From positions 42,783 through 106,782 of the IMG/VR virus record IMGVR_UViG_3300025838_000023: a stretch of DNA of 64,000 nt; one strand, 5' to 3'. Below the pieces are notes generated by a model. That model did no database searches, had not been told where the DNA came from, and saw only the letters and a list, made by a program, of their open reading frames with translations. This DNA comes from a virus. Lineage: Duplodnaviria > Caudoviricetes. Position 1 is the first letter of the stretch; each line of letters begins with the position of its first letter. Positions 59,718 to 64,000 of the stretch are shown here, in pieces. Position numbers and translations under genes: made by a program.

Positions 59718-61235
59718 ATGATTAGTTTTAAACAGTTTGTTCAAGAAGCTTTAGTAACAAAAACACTAGAGAATTGGCATGATATATTAGAAAAAAACGA
59801 ATATTTAAAGATTGCAACTGAACTTTTGAGTGATATCGAAAAACTTGGTGGTGAAGCATTAATTGTTGGTGGTGCAGTAAGAGATTTATTACTTGGAAAA
59901 ATACCCAAGGATGTTGATTTGGCTACTAATTGTCCAGTGAAAACTTTAGAAGCAAATTTTCATACAAATGATATAGGAAAGTCAAAAGATTTCGGAATCG
60001 TTAATATTTCTTACAAAGGATATGAATTTGAAGTAGCGAATTTTCGGACTGATGCAAAAACAAGTAATGGCAGACATCCAGACTCTGTAAATATCGTAAA
60101 TTCTTTTGAAGAGGATTCTAAACGTCGAGATATAACTTTCAATGCATTAGGATTGACAAAAGATGGAGTTATTTTAGATTATCAAGGTGGCATCGAAGAT
60201 TTAAACAATAAAATCATCAAAACTGTAGGTAATGCAAAGGAACGATTCATAGAGGATGGACTTAGGCTAGTAAGAATTTTGCGATTTTCTGCTAAAATGG
60301 GATTTACTATTGATCCTGATACAAAAGCCGCAGTTATTGAGTTAAAACACCTTACACATAACATATCCTCTGAAAGAATCAGGGATGAATTATATAAAGC
60401 AGCAACAAGTGGAAATTCTTTAGCGAACTTTATCGAACATTTAGATGACATTGGATTATTACAAGACTTATTGCCAGAATTAAAAGCATTACAGGGCAAA
60501 AAACATTTTCATTTGCATCATGTCGAGGGAGCAAAAGTAAAAAATAAGATTACTGGACAACTAAAACCGTTTGATATAGAAAATCCTGAACATCAAGATA
60601 CTACAAAACATGAAATAATACAAGGAGATGCTTATGATCACACCATAGCAGCAATAAGAGCATCTAAAGAAACCGATCCTGTTCATAACTTAGCAATAAT
60701 GCTGCATGACGTGGGTAAAGCAACAACACATAAAGAAGAAATTGAAGGCAAACATTCATATCACGGACACGAAAATGAATTATATTTGGTTGATGCCATT
60801 GCAACTCGATTAAAACTTCCTAATAAAGACAAAGAAGCGATAAAATTTGCTATGGAACATCATATGAAGGCACATAAGATCAAAGAACTTAATAAAAATA
60901 AGATTCTTGCACTTCGTCAGAATCCAAATTGGCCTGTTTTAAAATCTACGATATACTCAGATGAAGCTTCTCGTGGAAAGCCTTTATTTAATGAAGAAGA
61001 ATTCGAGGATAAAATGAACTACATCGAACAAATATACAATAAATTTGGAGAAAGTGCTGCATTTGAAAAAAGAATGTCAGAATTAATCACTGGAAAGATG
61101 ATTATGGAGTTGATACCAGGAATTAAAGGCACGGATATTGGAAGAATTAAAGAAATAGTTCGTCAATGGATAGTAGAAAACGATTTTGACGTAACAGCAA
61201 ACCAAGTGAAAGATAAAATAATATCACTTAAATAA
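59718..61235 (+). CDS. cca: tRNA nucleotidyltransferase (CCA-adding) with HD domain
   Basis: VGGAVRD, DVDLAT, RRDITFNAL, ED.LR.VR..RF, ERIRDE, LHDVGK. Confidence 0.9.
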   Translation: MISFKQFVQEALVTKTLENWHDILEKNEYLKIATELLSDIEKLGGEALIVGGAVRDLLLGKIPKDVDLATNCPVKTLEANFHTNDIGKSKDFGIVNISYKGYEFEVANFRTDAKTSNGRHPDSVNIVNSFEEDSKRRDITFNALGLTKDGVILDYQGGIEDLNNKIIKTVGNAKERFIEDGLRLVRILRFSAKMGFTIDPDTKAAVIELKHLTHNISSERIRDELYKAATSGNSLANFIEHLDDIGLLQDLLPELKALQGKKHFHLHHVEGAKVKNKITGQLKPFDIENPEHQDTTKHEIIQGDAYDHTIAAIRASKETDPVHNLAIMLHDVGKATTHKEEIEGKHSYHGHENELYLVDAIATRLKLPNKDKEAIKFAMEHHMKAHKIKELNKNKILALRQNPNWPVLKSTIYSDEASRGKPLFNEEEFEDKMNYIEQIYNKFGESAAFEKRMSELITGKMIMELIPGIKGTDIGRIKEIVRQWIVENDFDVTANQVKDKIISLK

Positions 61236-61240
61236 TATAA

Positions 61241-62380
61241 ATGAGAGACACGCCCTTCCAATTTGAGGTAGAGAATTTAATCGCACAATTTATTTCTGCG
61301 ATGGATGATATTATTGTGAAGAGATATAATGCTAATAGAGAAGCGCAAGATCAGTTATTAGTCAGGATGTTATATTCACCGAAAGAAAGAGTTTTGCTGG
61401 ATTTGGTAGATAAAGCACAGAACATACAGCTTCCAGTGGTTGCCATTTCTATTGCGTCTATTGCTAGGGATCAATCAAGAGTATTCAATAAAATACATGG
61501 GTCTAATTATGCATCTTCAAACACGAGAGTTGCAGGAAAATTACCACAACCCGTTCCTATTAACATTACAGTAAATTTTTCTATTTTAACTAGATACCAA
61601 AAAGATATGGATCAAATTTTAAGCAATTTTATACCATACTTTGATCCATATATTACATTATCTTGGAGAATTCCTGATATGCAAAATCAGGAGATTAGAA
61701 GCACCGTAGAATGGTCAAATAGTGTTGCGTTGAATTACCCTCTTGCGCAAAATGTTCCGGCTACTACTATTGCAAGATTGGCGGGAGATACATCATTTAC
61801 TATTAAAGGATGGTTGTTTAAATCAATACCTGATACTAATAATGGTGGTGGTGATCCATTAATATACACAATATACACCAATTTTTATGCATTATGTTCA
61901 ATTACTGGTTACGATTCTACAATACCAAAAGATTCTGAATATTGGGAAGAAAAAATAATAACAGTCCCTAATATTAATGTATATTCATTATCAGCAACAA
62001 CATTAAGCGCAGATACCGCATATTTTTATAATAATGTATATATAGACAATACAATCTTTGCGGAATATGGAGTTTTCGATACTTTATCAGCAAATAGTAT
62101 AAGTGCTACAAAATTCTATGGTGATGGAAGTGGATTAATAAATTTACAAACAAACATTAAAAAATTCTCACAAGTTATTGGTGATGGATCAGCAACAACA
62201 TATACAGTAACCCATAATTTTAGCACATTAAACGCATTAACACAAATATATGATAATAATACCGGAATAGTTGTATATCCTACGATCCAAAATATAGATC
62301 AAAACAACACACAGATATATTTCAAAAACGCTCCTGCTTTAAGTGCATATAAAGTTGTAATGATGTCATATTTTAAATAA
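61241..62380 (+). CDS. T4 gp15-like tail sheath completion protein with a C-terminal extension
   Basis: YSPKER, LP......I.RD..R..NK, PVP.NI, DMDQI...F.PYF.P, FTIKGWLF. Confidence 0.7.
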   Translation: MRDTPFQFEVENLIAQFISAMDDIIVKRYNANREAQDQLLVRMLYSPKERVLLDLVDKAQNIQLPVVAISIASIARDQSRVFNKIHGSNYASSNTRVAGKLPQPVPINITVNFSILTRYQKDMDQILSNFIPYFDPYITLSWRIPDMQNQEIRSTVEWSNSVALNYPLAQNVPATTIARLAGDTSFTIKGWLFKSIPDTNNGGGDPLIYTIYTNFYALCSITGYDSTIPKDSEYWEEKIITVPNINVYSLSATTLSADTAYFYNNVYIDNTIFAEYGVFDTLSANSISATKFYGDGSGLINLQTNIKKFSQVIGDGSATTYTVTHNFSTLNALTQIYDNNTGIVVYPTIQNIDQNNTQIYFKNAPALSAYKVVMMSYFK

Positions 62381-62383
62381 TTT

Positions 62384-62830
62384 ATGAATTTAAACGAAGA
62401 ACTTTTCGAAAATATAATCAATTTGCAAAATTTAGAGTTTGAATCTCTTAGTGCAAAGTATATCTATGTTAGTGGAAATGCTAATATCGTTAATGCAACG
62501 ATACACAACACACTTTCTGCTAGATATGGTGTTTTTAATACATTATCCGCAAATAGCATAAGTTCAACTAATTTTTTGGGGGATGGAAGTGGATTAACAA
62601 ACTTAGTAATCGATACTAGTGGATTTTTACAAGTTATTGGAGATGGTATTTCAACTGATTATATCATAAATCACAATTTTAATACACCAAATACAATAAT
62701 TCAAATATACGACAACGTAACAGAAACCGTTATATATCCTACAATTCAAAATATAGATCAAAACAACACACTAATACATTTTAAAAATCCTCCAGCATTA
62801 AGCGCATATAAAGTTCTCATTTTAGTTTGA
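62384..62830 (+). CDS. virion protein, paralog of the C-terminal extension of 61241..62380
   Basis: shared TLSANSIS...GDGSGL.NL...QVIGDG...HNF...YPTIQNIDQNNT...PALSAYKV. Confidence 0.75.
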   Translation: MNLNEELFENIINLQNLEFESLSAKYIYVSGNANIVNATIHNTLSARYGVFNTLSANSISSTNFLGDGSGLTNLVIDTSGFLQVIGDGISTDYIINHNFNTPNTIIQIYDNVTETVIYPTIQNIDQNNTLIHFKNPPALSAYKVLILV

Positions 62831-62856
62831 TTATAGGATAAATAACAATATATACT

Positions 62857-64000
62857 ATGGCTTTAGATTTTTTAGATGATTTAATATCAACCAGTTTAAT
62901 AAGTGCGCAGAATTTAGCCTCTCAAGATGTGAGTGCTAGTGGGTTCTATTATGGTGATGGAAGCAATCTAATAAATGTTAAAGATGTTGTCATAAGAACA
63001 TTTGTAAGTTCTGCATCTTCTGATTGGGAAACTGCATATACAAATTTGGTTTCTAATAGTGCAGCGTATTTAAGTGCTACGGATTTGTCTTTCTTAAGTG
63101 TATCTGGCAATTGGAATAATACGTTCTCTAATGTTCAAAGTAATTCCGCTAATTGGAATTCTGGATATACATATGCAAATACAAACAGTGCAGGAAATAT
63201 CGCTGTTAATACAACAGTCATATCAAATTCCGCTAATTGGAACTCTGCATATACAAATTTGGTTTCTAATAGTGCAGCGTATTTAAGTGCTACTGATTTA
63301 ACTTTCTTGAGTGTATCGGGTAATTGGAATGCGGCGTATACATATGTAAGTTCTAATAGCGCAGCAAATAATAATACAAATACTACCGTAAATTCTAATT
63401 CCGCTAATTGGAATACTGGATATACATATGGAACGATATATTCATTAAATTCAGCAAATCCGACATTTTCCACAATTACAGTAAATGGGTCTGCGTTAAT
63501 TGGTTCTATGGAAATTGTTGGTGATGCGCATATCCAAGGAAATTTAACATTAACTGGTAGCGCAACATACATTAACACAACAGTTCAAATGACTAGTGCA
63601 ATGAGCATAGTCAATAATGGAACTGGTCCGGCATTGAGTGTAACACAAAATGGCAATCAACAAGTAGCTGCATTTTATGATGGTAGTTATCCTGCATTAA
63701 TAGTTGATGGTAGCAATCTAGTAAAAGGATATGTGGGAATAGGAACGGTTAATCCAAATACTGATTTAACAGTTATCGGAGAAATTAGTGCAACTAACAC
63801 TATTTACGCAAGTTCATATTTAGGAGGGAATACCAGTAACTGGAATAGTGCTTATACAAATTTGGTTTCTAATAGTGCTGCTTATTTAAGTGCTACTGAT
63901 TTGTCTTTCTTAAGTGTATCCAGTAACTGGAATAGTGCTTATACAAATTTGGTTTCTAATAGTGCTGCTTATCTAAGTGCTACTGATTTGTCTTTCTTAA
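62857..64000 (+). CDS. repeat-rich tail-fiber-like protein, runs off the window
   Basis: open frame from ATG 62857 (MALDFLDD); repeats of NWNSAYTNLVSNSAAYLSATDLSFLSVS; YVGIGT..P; absent from the track because no stop lies in the window. Confidence 0.8.
   Translation, partial: MALDFLDDLISTSLISAQNLASQDVSASGFYYGDGSNLINVKDVVIRTFVSSASSDWETAYTNLVSNSAAYLSATDLSFLSVSGNWNNTFSNVQSNSANWNSGYTYANTNSAGNIAVNTTVISNSANWNSAYTNLVSNSAAYLSATDLTFLSVSGNWNAAYTYVSSNSAANNNTNTTVNSNSANWNTGYTYGTIYSLNSANPTFSTITVNGSALIGSMEIVGDAHIQGNLTLTGSATYINTTVQMTSAMSIVNNGTGPALSVTQNGNQQVAAFYDGSYPALIVDGSNLVKGYVGIGTVNPNTDLTVIGEISATNTIYASSYLGGNTSNWNSAYTNLVSNSAAYLSATDLSFLSVSSNWNSAYTNLVSNSAAYLSATDLSFL

Noticed and set aside
63040-64000. DNA repeats that could be read as a CRISPR-like array
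   Set aside because: In-frame coding repeats of the tail-fibre-like protein, with synonymous variation and no unique spacers.

Overview
AT-rich segment of a large T4-like (jumbo) myophage genome. Most genes are on the minus strand; a structural module starts on the plus strand at ~59.7 kb. The host is plausibly Verrucomicrobiota, an inference from GroEL, ThrRS and the PEP-CTERM gene. Contents: (1) an NAD salvage pair (NAMPT plus NMNAT-NUDIX), GroEL, HSP20, RmlB/RmlC, a truncated ThrRS, GuaC and a CCA-adding enzyme; (2) many paralogous, probably virion-packaged proteins; (3) a ~0.9-kb GOLLD-like RNA with an embedded tRNA-like module; (4) a minus-strand RNA array at ~25.8-44 kb with about 49 hand-folded tRNAs covering all 20 amino acids, tmRNA, a minimal RNase P RNA, two circularly permuted tRNA-like RNAs and several CCA-ended RNAs carrying large non-tRNA domains; (5) one IS607 tnpA-tnpB element, three tnpB-only elements and two families of non-coding MITE-like derivatives. 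The best candidate for an undescribed system is at the head of the array: a 43-aa leader ORF using 19 amino acids and 35 different codons, coupled to a mutually exclusive antiterminator/terminator pair. This looks like a general tRNA-starvation attenuator that switches on the phage tRNA/tmRNA/RNase P array. All calls were made by eye; no searches or folding programs were run.
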